Of a stretch of DNA of 64,000 nt, positions 44,719-54,772 are shown piece after piece (within the stretch, counting starts at the first letter, position 1; each line of letters starts with the position of its first letter). The stretch spans positions 496,001-560,000 of the forward strand of contig OW569344.1 of assembly GCA_937625935.1 (NCBI GenBank), read 5' to 3'. The position numbers and the translations under genes are program-made. The DNA is from Tetramitus jugosus (lineage: Eukaryota > Protista > Heterolobosea). Below the pieces are notes generated by a model. That model saw only the letters and a list, made by a program, of their open reading frames with translations. It was not told the DNA's origin and searched no databases.

Positions 44719-45837
44719 TCATTTGGAGTACAGGTACTTGTGATATGATGGATTCATTTCCTTCAATAAGTCAATATCTTCCTTTGATTGAATGATTCTG
44801 AACTCGAATGGACCATTGTCGAACAAATCTCTTTCTGTTTTCCAGTCAAATAAGCAGCTGCCTGTTCCAATCTCATACGGATTCAACTCCACAACTAATA
44901 CACACTTCAAGAGTTGAGACTCATCAAATAGCAACTCTCTGTTTACAGTAAAGTCAATGACATATGAGCCTATGGAGCTCAACTTGGGTTGAATAATCTC
45001 AAACAACTGCAGAATTCGCTTCAGAATAATGTCTCGGTTCTCTTTGATCTCATCAATGTAACACGCATGATTATATTGAGAGAGAGCATTGAGGCGATTT
45101 TGATGCACAAAGCCTCGAAACTCCAAATCAAAATCAATGTCCACCCACTCCCTCAACACTAAACTAATGGAGAACTGGGAAGATGGCTTGAGTTGGATCT
45201 CCTGATCCAAATCCTCAGCTACTCTTTCACTTCGGATGAGTAAGCTCATGATTTGCTGAAATGAATTGACTTTCAGGAGCTTACAAGATGCACGAACAAT
45301 TGCTCTGCATCTTTGATGATTGTCCTTTAGTTCTTCCTCCGAGAGCAAGCTCAACTCTTGATCCATCAACTGTTCAAAGTCACCTGTTTGCACATCTTTG
45401 GGAGATCTGCTGCTCAACTTGACAAACACCTGGCTGTTCTTCAACTGATTTTCCATGGCGTGAATCACTTGCTTGTGCAGGTCTGGAAATTGTTGAATCA
45501 GATCACTCTCTCGCCAAACAAATTCGTCCTTGTTGTTCAAGAATTGTTTGTGCATGGCCATAATGCGTTGTCCTTGTTCAAAACTTAATGGAATGAAAAC
45601 GGTTTTCATCGTGTGTTCTTCGATGAGGTGATACCAATTATCGACGTGCCCTGTTCTGATCGCCTCATAATACTCAATCTCTTGTCTTCCGTCTGTAATA
45701 ATTGGCTTGCTCTTGTCGATTGTTTCAACTTTCTTGAGCTTGATATTCTGGAGGAGGTTTGATGATATCATATTCTGTTCTTTTGTTTGCTTTGTGGGAT
45801 GCTCTTGCGATTCGGTCGGTCCCTTTTTGATCTCCAT
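44719..45837 (-). CDS. CDC123/R2K-like ATP-grasp protein with an N-terminal WH2 (actobindin-like) motif
   Basis: LKKVETIDKSKP; FVKLSSRSPKD; LVLREW; EFRGFV..LNALSQY; YVIDF; VELNPY..GSCLFDW. Confidence 0.85.
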   Translation of the reverse strand: MEIKKGPTESQEHPTKQTKEQNMISSNLLQNIKLKKVETIDKSKPIITDGRQEIEYYEAIRTGHVDNWYHLIEEHTMKTVFIPLSFEQGQRIMAMHKQFLNNKDEFVWRESDLIQQFPDLHKQVIHAMENQLKNSQVFVKLSSRSPKDVQTGDFEQLMDQELSLLSEEELKDNHQRCRAIVRASCKLLKVNSFQQIMSLLIRSERVAEDLDQEIQLKPSSQFSISLVLREWVDIDFDLEFRGFVHQNRLNALSQYNHACYIDEIKENRDIILKRILQLFEIIQPKLSSIGSYVIDFTVNRELLFDESQLLKCVLVVELNPYEIGTGSCLFDWKTERDLFDNGPFEFRIIQSKEDIDLLKEMNPSYHKYLYSK

Positions 45838-46480
45838 GAAGGAGTGAACTCGAAGCGAACTTGCCAGTCAAGCAATTCCCTTTCAAAGACACCTCATTTA
45901 TCAGGATGTGTTGTCTGTGCTTCTTTGTTGCTTCTTTGTTTTGATCGCAAGCTTCAACGCTCTAAGCAACGCATTTCTGTTAGTTTTGAAAAAGAAACCC
46001 GTCAGTATGACCAGGAAGCCCCCAAGCAAGCAGCCGAAGCCACCAGTTTGTAGCGATCATCAACATACGAGGATGAAGAAGCACAAGGCTAGCATAGCAT
46101 CCAGCACAAAATTCACGCTCAGGCAAACGGTCTATACATCCTCATCCGGGAGATCACGTTCCGTGATTTTATAGGGTGTTTAAGTACGACTTCAGAAATA
46201 ATCCTGACGAAGTACAGTCATGTTTCGAAAAGTGAATGTTGCTTCCTCACTCACTTGTTTTATGCTCTTGTTTTCCATCACATGTACCCAAAGTGTTATG
46301 GGTGTACTCGTGCGGAGTGTGTGAATTTTAGCAGCGGCCGGAAAAACAACCAACACGTTTTTGTTTGGAGCTTTCTTCTTTTCCAAAGGACGGATCCAAT
46401 GGTGACCCATCAATTGAGTGAAGAGCTGGGTCACACTCAATTCAAAAACAAAACACTCAGAGCTTAGATAGATTATCATC

Positions 46481-47111
46481 ATGTCTGGTCATATGAACAT
46501 GGACCACAATGGTCAACAACCGCTTGGAATGTGCAAAATGAAGATGTACTTTAGTGGTGATTCAATGACAATGATGGTTCATCATTTGTTGTTCAAAAAG
46601 TGGTCCATTCACACTGATGATGTGACTAAATATGTTTTCTCTACGCTGTTTGTCTTTTTGTTGTGCTTTGTCAATCAATTTATCACATTTTTGATTCATG
46701 TGATTCATAAAAAGTGGAGCAACGACAAGCACAGTGCAATGAAGAGATGGGTGGGAAATTTGACGCAACCAATTCTCTTCTTCTTTAATGTGGCCAATGG
46801 ATTTTTGATCATGTTGATCTTGATGACTTATAACTTTGGTTTGTGCATGGTATGTGAGCTTTTATTTGGAATGGTTCCCGCTCGTTTTTTTGTATTTTGT
46901 TTTTTGTAATGTGCCGTGTTTTGTGTTGTATGTTTGCTTACACAATTGTGTTTGTTGATGCGAAAATGAAAATGTTTGGCAATAGGCTTTGTTGGGAGGT
47001 AACGTGATTGGTTACACATTCTTCACCGTTTTTCTTCAGGAGTACTTGCTGGAGAGTGGAAAGCTAAAGGGATTTCATATTCAGAACTCTGGATACATGA
47101 ATGATCTGTAG
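46481..47111 (+). CDS. Ctr/SLC31 copper transporter; intron 46850-46985
   Basis: Met/His-rich N-terminus, MKMYF, LLFKKW, MLILMTYN (MxxxM). Exon 2 supplies GNVIG (GxxxG) in frame. Confidence 0.92.
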
Positions 47112-47164
47112 ATGTATGGGCAATAAACGCAAGTAAAAAACACATTGTTGTTGTATTCAATCTC

Positions 47165-48907
47165 TTACAACAATTTGAAAATCATGCTCGATAGCATTTG
47201 AGCTACGAATAAAAATATGAGATTCATGCGCAGTGGACTCATCTTTGCATCACTGAACCATTTGTTTCGAATGAGAGAGAACAGGGAGGGTATCATTGCT
47301 GAAAGAATTGGTAGGATATAGATCTGGAATCTCGTAATCTGTGGATGCATACTCGTGTTGTCACTCGTCACTATTGATCCACCACTCTTGAGCCCTGATT
47401 TCACCAAGTGCTGGTGTAAAAGAGACAGCGATACTGAAAAAGTAGAGAAAGAGGCTGCAAACATTCTCGAGTTCTTGGACATGATTGCTGCAGCCAATGA
47501 AGCACCCTGTACAAGCAACAGAATAGAAAAGCTATGCTGTGCTGCACTCTGTTGCAACGTGGAGTGAGCCACGAACTGGTCTGATGCGTTCAGAAGTCTG
47601 TTGATTACAATGTTGGCCAGAGAGATAAGTGCTCCAATAGACGAAGCTCTTTTGTGTCCCATTCGACCGCACACTTGAAGTGTGGCATGAGATTGAGACT
47701 GTAGGATGTCCTTTCCCATGTATGATGAGAACAAGAGACACAAGTATGATACAGTTTTAAATGTGCTTTGAATTCGTTGCTTTAAGACTTCCTGTCTCTT
47801 CTGATCAGTCATTGATGCGTCACTATGATCCAATTTCTGCGATCTACTACTACTTGCCTCACCATTACTCTTCTGTCTTTTCTTATTCTCACCTCGAATT
47901 TCTTCAATTTCGAGCATGGAAAAGAGTGGCATGCAAGCCAAGCAGAATAGACCAGTAATGAAAAATGTGGTAGACAGTCCATACTGTTCAATAATCAAGC
48001 TCTGAATGGGACTGGCCCATATTTTAGCTCCTGTTGTCAAAACAAAGTAATAAGCTGTCATGAGCTTTCGTTTCTGGACACTTGTGAAATTCTCGACAAT
48101 CACTGAGGCATTTCTTTCCAAAATTCCACTAGAGACATGCGCAATACAATTCAATAGAACAAATTGTAGTTGACCCATGTTGGATAGCGCCGATTCAGTG
48201 CTGCGAGACATGTTTGGATTGAAATATTCGTGCCATTTCTCATTGATACGCCTATTCAACAGCACAGATAGAGCAAAATTGCACAGAGCTAAAATACTGG
48301 TTGATATATAACTTGAATTCTTAATACCAATAGTGTTCTTTGCTCTGTTGTGCGAGCTCAACAACAGAAAGCTCAAATTATGAGACACGCGCGACAGTGA
48401 ATACGTCCAGCTCTGTAAATCGAATCGCGTATCAAGATCATGATTCAACAGCGGATCATTACCATCTGCACCTTGATTATTCTCATCATCTGCCTCTTCT
48501 TCGACCGATTTGTTGTTCGCTGTATGGTAATGATACAAGTATCTGTACAGTGCATTTCTGTAGACGTCCAATGACCTCGTTGTAATGCTCGTTAATTGAG
48601 AGATGAGAGCCAATGGCACTAAATTCAGTGATTCTTCCTCTGATGACTCATTGTTATCTACTTGTTGCTCTGGATTGGTGGATAACGATGAAGAAGAGGT
48701 GGCCACTCTTCTTGTGGAAGCATCAGAAGCAGCAGTGGCATTTGATTCCAGAAGCAGGGAGTTCATATGGTGTTCATGATGGTTGCTACTCTTGAGATGA
48801 GAGAGTAACACTTGACATCGCCTCCGCTGTCTTTCACCGCTTAGAGTGAGGGTTGGGAGTGATTTACTTTGTTGATCAAAGCCTCTGGATCGACTATGAT
48901 TTTGCAT
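47165..48907 (-). CDS. Divergent multi-pass (MFS-like) membrane protein
   Basis: Multiple hydrophobic segments; SPIQSLIIEQYGLSTTFFITG resembles MFS TM5-6. Confidence 0.6.
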   Translation of the reverse strand: MQNHSRSRGFDQQSKSLPTLTLSGERQRRRCQVLLSHLKSSNHHEHHMNSLLLESNATAASDASTRRVATSSSSLSTNPEQQVDNNESSEEESLNLVPLALISQLTSITTRSLDVYRNALYRYLYHYHTANNKSVEEEADDENNQGADGNDPLLNHDLDTRFDLQSWTYSLSRVSHNLSFLLLSSHNRAKNTIGIKNSSYISTSILALCNFALSVLLNRRINEKWHEYFNPNMSRSTESALSNMGQLQFVLLNCIAHVSSGILERNASVIVENFTSVQKRKLMTAYYFVLTTGAKIWASPIQSLIIEQYGLSTTFFITGLFCLACMPLFSMLEIEEIRGENKKRQKSNGEASSSRSQKLDHSDASMTDQKRQEVLKQRIQSTFKTVSYLCLLFSSYMGKDILQSQSHATLQVCGRMGHKRASSIGALISLANIVINRLLNASDQFVAHSTLQQSAAQHSFSILLLVQGASLAAAIMSKNSRMFAASFSTFSVSLSLLHQHLVKSGLKSGGSIVTSDNTSMHPQITRFQIYILPILSAMIPSLFSLIRNKWFSDAKMSPLRMNLIFLFVAQMLSSMIFKLL

Positions 48908-49225
48908 TTCTTTGCTTCTTGAAGCTTTTTTTTGTTCTGGTGTTCCTGGCAAAGTCACAAGTCTTGGCTCTTAGGCAAGGCTAAAGTTCCTAAGATACCA
49001 AGAGAATTCTGAGGAGGAAAGTGACTGACAATGCATTTCATAGCGATAGTAACCAACTCGCCGAGTATTATCCAACTGATTCCGATGACAGGCTGGAAAT
49101 CGCTCATTTTGTCGTAAACTCCGCTGGTGATGACGCAATAGTAATTCCCTCGTCAGCGAAACGTTGAAGGGCCGTTTGAGAGCATTCGCCTAAGATTCCA
49201 CTCCACAAAAAAAACAAGTTGAACA

Positions 49226-50566
49226 ATGATTCATACTGTGTCATTCAGTCATGCACCACTGTTGATCATCCTCTTGGCATTTGTTATGCTGCTCAATTAT
49301 GAGCTATTGATTTTTTCTCCTTTTTCTTTCCCTCTGTTCCAACAACGACAACTATCCAATACTGTTGTTGGAAGAGATGCTGACGCGACATGGACTGCAC
49401 GTTCGTCATTACTTGTGCAAGCAAAGCTGCAGGTTGTTCCAACAACGGAGCGCGTTTCACTCATGAGAAAACACATGCTGGAAAAACAGATTAAAAAATG
49501 GGCGCCAAATATCCCACCAGAAACTTTACAATCGCTTCTCTCTTTGCCGCCATCGCCCAGCGAGGTCGAAGGAGAATTGATGGATGCTCAGTTGCAGCAA
49601 CGCTTCGAGCAGACATTGTCCTCTGCTGCTCTGGATGAATTTTCAATTCCACAACATGTGGCTACAGCAGCTCCAGCACACAGCAGCAATGATACAACTG
49701 TTGCTGTTTCAGCTAGTCAATCCTCCTATGATACCAATTATCTTTTTGAGGATAGAGACTATGCACGGCTTGCTCTCGAGTGCTATTGTCAAAACAAGCC
49801 AAGAGTAATTCAGTTTAATGACACTGATCGACCTCCATGCCTCAACGAGTGGATATTTGTGACTCAAGTGGACTTTAGCAAATTTTTGTATGATGTGGCA
49901 GTTAAGATTTATGTCAATCATTGCAAGAAGGAGCTCGTGGTTGCATTTAGAGGCAGTCAGGCAGTTTCTGATTGGTTGAAGAATTTGGAGGCAACAAAGG
50001 TGTCTTGTCCATGGAGTACTCCTGACTTTCAATGTGGTCACATTCATCAAGGATTCTGGAGCTATTACAATGTCGTTCGTTTGACCTTGTTTGCCAAGTT
50101 GGCTGCCCATATTTCTCCACTCTCTCCCTATTATTATGTGAAGCACATTACGGTTGTGGGTCATTCATTAGGAGGAGCAATGGCTACTCTTCATGCATTT
50201 GAATTGATGAATGCAATGAGATTGAATTTGTTTGTATTCTTCTCTAGAGTCAAAACAATTGATGTTCGAACGTTTGGATCACCAAGAGTGGGCGATCCAA
50301 TATTTGCTACAGTGTTTGATCAAATGTTGCAAACTTCGAGACGTTATGTGAATCATTTGGGAGAGACGAGCGATGTGGATATTGTAACCACGTTGCCACC
50401 TGACTGGATTGGTTTCAAGCATGTCAACACCAGTATTGCACTCCCATGCTCTCTTAACTCGTCTCTCAAGTGTCATTCCATCACATATGCCTATCTTCCA
50501 CAATTCGATCCTCACGCGGATGCAACACTCGAGAGCTTCTTGAAAGTTAGTAAAAACTATTGCTGA
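49226..50566 (+). CDS. Class 3 lipase, secreted or signal-anchored
   Basis: LVVAFRGS, HQGF, VVGHSLGGAMA, TFGSPRVGD, DIVTTLPP, FKH. Confidence 0.93.
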   Translation: MIHTVSFSHAPLLIILLAFVMLLNYELLIFSPFSFPLFQQRQLSNTVVGRDADATWTARSSLLVQAKLQVVPTTERVSLMRKHMLEKQIKKWAPNIPPETLQSLLSLPPSPSEVEGELMDAQLQQRFEQTLSSAALDEFSIPQHVATAAPAHSSNDTTVAVSASQSSYDTNYLFEDRDYARLALECYCQNKPRVIQFNDTDRPPCLNEWIFVTQVDFSKFLYDVAVKIYVNHCKKELVVAFRGSQAVSDWLKNLEATKVSCPWSTPDFQCGHIHQGFWSYYNVVRLTLFAKLAAHISPLSPYYYVKHITVVGHSLGGAMATLHAFELMNAMRLNLFVFFSRVKTIDVRTFGSPRVGDPIFATVFDQMLQTSRRYVNHLGETSDVDIVTTLPPDWIGFKHVNTSIALPCSLNSSLKCHSITYAYLPQFDPHADATLESFLKVSKNYC

Positions 50567-50600
50567 GAATCATCAGAAGTAAATTATTAAGGTTGTACAT

Positions 50601-51980
50601 TTATTTCTTTGCTTTCTTACTCTCCTCTACCTTTTTGCTACTTGCTCGCTTCCTCTTCGTTTTCGATTCCTCAGAGAGCCATCCAGTTGGAAGTCTAATG
50701 TTCATTCTGTCAATATACAACCACAACTTTCTGCAGTCTAAGTTTTGGTCCGCAAATGGATGAGTGAAAGTTCCTTCGCATGTATTCCATGTGTTGACAC
50801 CCAACTTGGCAGTGATCGCATACGTTGCTTCACTGAGACGAATCTTTTGCTGTTCTTCGAGATAGAACAGTTCAACCATGGCACCAAAGCTCGTTGCAAC
50901 CTTTTTATACTCCTTTGCTCCAAGTTCGTTCGGTGTCAACAAATCACATCCCTTGTTCTTTGTAAATTTGGTAGCAGCTTTGTACAGTTTGGTTGTTTGC
51001 TTCTTTGGAACAGCTCCCTCTACAACCACATATCCAAATTTCTTGAAAAATGCGATATGTCTATCTGTTAATAGTTGTCCATGATCATCAATTATTTGTT
51101 GAGCAGGCGTATCTGACTTTTCAAGTTCATTCCAAGCTGTTTGATTGTACAAAGCCTTTGCCAAGTCTGTCTTCAATGGAACCAAGGGAGTGTTCTCTTC
51201 CAGGTCTGCCCATCCCTTTGGAAAGTCTGGTGTGTGCTTTCTTTGCAATCTACACTGTGCGTAGGCAGTGATGCGAGCTTGATTGATAGTACTTGGTTGA
51301 GCTACCATGTAAGCATGATAGAACACACTTCGTACTTGATCAGTGTCATTACTGTCAGAGTTTTGATGTGGAGTTCTTATGTCCCACAGAACAAAGTCTC
51401 CTGCTTCAATTGGCTTGAACTTTAACTTTCGATGCTCTGCTGCAATGGAGGTGCAATAGCGAGCGCAAGCAGCTCGCGTTTTACACTGGAGAGGATCAAT
51501 TGTTCTGCTGGATGAAGAGGAAGATGAAGCCTCGCTGTTATTGTCATTACTGTTACTGGCTGCACTGCTTGTTGTTGTTGATGGTGGATTCCAGTCATCA
51601 GGAATGCGCTGTGCCTTCACAATCTGACTCAAGATCCAATCATCATTCTTCTTTGAGAACTTTGTGTTGTAGGAACCCCAACGAAAGAGATTTCTGCCAG
51701 GTACAGCATCACCAGTAGTCCAATTCTCTAATCCTGCTCTAAAGTATGATTCACAAACACTGAAGAATCCAGGAACAATCTCCAACCCACCATCTTTAGT
51801 ACCAGACTGATCAGACGCATCAGTCAGTGCCACAAAGCTTTGAAATGGTCGAAACCACTCCAAATCGACCTCGACCGATCTTTCTCCCTTGGTTTCAGAT
51901 CTCCTTTCCGTTTTCCATAGATTATATGCGTTGCAGTCCAGATGCAATCCAGTTCCAGTTTGTCCAGACACCTGAGCCAT
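50601..51980 (-). CDS. PhyH-like Fe(II)/2-oxoglutarate dioxygenase, apparently circularly permuted
   Basis: HLD; QSFVALTD..GGLEIVPGF; AGDFVLWDIRTPH; RSVFY. C-terminal FFKKFGYVVVEGAVP..LWLYIDR. Confidence 0.8.
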   Translation of the reverse strand: MAQVSGQTGTGLHLDCNAYNLWKTERRSETKGERSVEVDLEWFRPFQSFVALTDASDQSGTKDGGLEIVPGFFSVCESYFRAGLENWTTGDAVPGRNLFRWGSYNTKFSKKNDDWILSQIVKAQRIPDDWNPPSTTTSSAASNSNDNNSEASSSSSSSRTIDPLQCKTRAACARYCTSIAAEHRKLKFKPIEAGDFVLWDIRTPHQNSDSNDTDQVRSVFYHAYMVAQPSTINQARITAYAQCRLQRKHTPDFPKGWADLEENTPLVPLKTDLAKALYNQTAWNELEKSDTPAQQIIDDHGQLLTDRHIAFFKKFGYVVVEGAVPKKQTTKLYKAATKFTKNKGCDLLTPNELGAKEYKKVATSFGAMVELFYLEEQQKIRLSEATYAITAKLGVNTWNTCEGTFTHPFADQNLDCRKLWLYIDRMNIRLPTGWLSEESKTKRKRASSKKVEESKKAKK

Positions 51981-52346
51981 TATTGATCTTGATCTAGTGT
52001 CTTATTTTGTTTTTTATTAAGTTCTGAACAAAAACTATGCTCAAAATGTTCGTTCAAATACCAATCCACGAAACAATGTGCACCTGCACAATTTACATTG
52101 AGGTACAGAATTCGCTCGAACTTCCCAGACTTCTGTTCGCGGAGTAATCGACCAAAATTCCACGCTAACTTCCGGCTCCGCCCCTTAATCTTTCACAAGA
52201 AAGCAAAATCAACAACATTTTCCATTGACTGTCGTGTCACTCAACAACATTAAACAAAAAGGAGATTCTCTTGCGTGTGTGAATTGTTCATTCATCCAAG
52301 TACAAGTGTGTGAGTAACAACCAATCCTCCATCTTGATCACACAAA

Positions 52347-54701
52347 ATGAATCACATAAACTCCGACTCCGACACTGAAGCAGCAGATGACACACAGAGT
52401 ATGGTATCGACGAGAAGCAATGTGTCTCAAGTCTCCATCATGTCATCCAATCATCATCACAACCATCATGATGCTCAAAAAACTCACAATACGGAACGCA
52501 AAAAACGAAAGAAGCAAAAGCTTTTGGAGAAACAACAATTGTTGGAGCGAATTTTGGCCGAAGAGGACGAAGAAGAAGAAGATGAACCAAAAACAATAGT
52601 AACAACAAATCATGTACAGCCACAACCGATTCGTGCAGCACAACCAATGATTGCAACAACGACATCGACGACAACAACAACAACAGCGACAAATACTCGA
52701 AAAATTACATCGAAAAAGAAGAACAAGACGACATCCAAAACATCAACGACCTCTTCAATAATCGAAAAGGAAAGAGAACAGACTCATGTACAACAACAAC
52801 AACAACAATACTCTCATGCGAATTACTATTACACATCGACAATGAACAATGATGATAATGATGATGGCTATGATGATGAATATAATAATGATGATGAATA
52901 TGATCATCCATCCAACAAGAAAAATCGACAAAAACAACATGCGACGACTGCTGTGTCGACATCAGGTCTTCCTAGCTTCAAAAACAATAACAAAAACAGC
53001 AGCAACAACAATAATAACAATAGTAACAATAAGAAGAGAAGTGATAGCACAGCGAGTCAAGACAGTAGTAGTCGGAGTGGTGCAAGTGTGAATGGTGATG
53101 CATATGATCACAGAGTGATTAATCCTTATTTGAATATGGGTTCGTTGCCACGTGATAGCAACGGTCATCTCTTGTTCACAGATGCCTCCTCTCCCACGAC
53201 GAATGACGATGAAATGTCGGAGTATTTTGATAACGGGCACGGAAAAATTACAATGAAGCTTCAATCTAATCAGGGGGAGTATCCGGAGATTACGTTGGAG
53301 GAGATTGCAGCGAATACGGTGATTAATGGATCGAATGCGCACTCTCAATACAGTCTTCATCAGAGACCAGTGCGGTTGTTGCTGTTTAAGGTGAAGAGAG
53401 CGATACAGTATGTATAGTTTGCGAATCCATTGTGTGTTGCTTATCAGCTTTTGTGTTGTATTGTGTTTTATGAGCTCATGGCAACTCTAACCTTATGTAT
53501 GTTAACATTGTTGTTGTGTTTAAAGGCGCATGTCCATTTGGAGCAAGCTCTTTCTGTGTATTACATTTGTAATGTTGCTCACTATTAGTGTGAGTGCAAC
53601 TACAAATATTATTCTCATGTTGTCTCTCAATATGGATGGCACATTCTACTCTCATTACTTTTTGCATGCACTTAACATTGCACAATGTCTCATGCTGTTG
53701 TTTCTAGTCATTGAAGCTCTATTCACGGAGAATGAGTATCAATTGATTACATTTGTACTCAGCAGTCTCATTATGACTGCTCGAATCATTTATTCTTTGA
53801 TTCAGATCACGATTGTTGTGTTCAAACCGGGGCAAAAAGCTAAAACAATTGTTGTACAGGTGTTGACAACCATTTTGCCAGCTATATTAATTTTATTGTT
53901 TCAGATTGCTCTCATTGTGCTCGTGGTACCAGTGTTTAAGTCATTTGGATGGAAGCTGTATCGTGTAGTAGGTGCCTCCCCTCACTTGATTCGCCACTAT
54001 CGTACCTATGTATGTCTATATTTTGTGCCATTTTATCAATTTCACTTGTTTTAATGGGTCTGCTTAACAATTGACTTAACACTCACATGACTTGTTGTAA
54101 CACAAACAGTCAATCTATGTAAGCATGGTGAGAATGGATCTATTATGTATTATGACCATTATTGCAATGGCCTTCTTTTTCATCTCATTCGGTATGTTTA
54201 CTCTTTGCTTGTTTTTCTCTTGTGCACCAACTCCTCAAGCTTTCATCATCTGACACTCGTATTCTAGCATGGTGGTCCTATGTCGGATTGGGACTCGCAG
54301 TTTTGCTTTCTGTAGCCCTTGCTCCTCTCTCTATCACAATCGGGGCTCAGCGCGAGTATGCCAGTGTAATGATATTTTTTGTACTCCTCAGTTTTGCATT
54401 GCCCATGTATCTGTTGTATAAGATGATTGAGGTGTGGAGGACAAGCAGCACAGGTTTAAACCTACCACACTATGTGACATCCGAAGAAAGAACAGTTATT
54501 CTTGCTCTATTCACTGCATTTGGTTGTCTGTGTATACTCTGGAGACTGTTGTTGATTGTGGCTGCAGTCCTCGTGACTTTCAACTTCCGAAAAGGGCTTG
54601 CTGATGTATTTGCTCAACGAAGACTCAAGCGAAGACTAAAGGCACAGAAAGGCTTTAGTACAATCTCTGTGAGCAGATTACTGAAGGGATACAAGAAATA
54701 A
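52347..54701 (+). CDS. Multi-pass membrane protein (UPF0658-like) with a long low-complexity N-terminus; introns 53408-53525, 54010-54109, 54192-54267
   Basis: Three GT-AG introns join in frame. ENEYQL, FGWKLYRVVGA, MVRMD, RE motifs; about 8 TMs. Confidence 0.75.
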
Positions 54702-54772
54702 GTAAAAGTGTTCGTTGAGCAATGCATAAGTTTTGTAAAATACACTCGAATATTTATTGAAAACAACTTCTT

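Noticed and set aside
45900-46480. Short ORFs upstream of the Ctr gene
   Set aside because: Stop-riddled with no recognisable motifs; probably promoter or UTR sequence.
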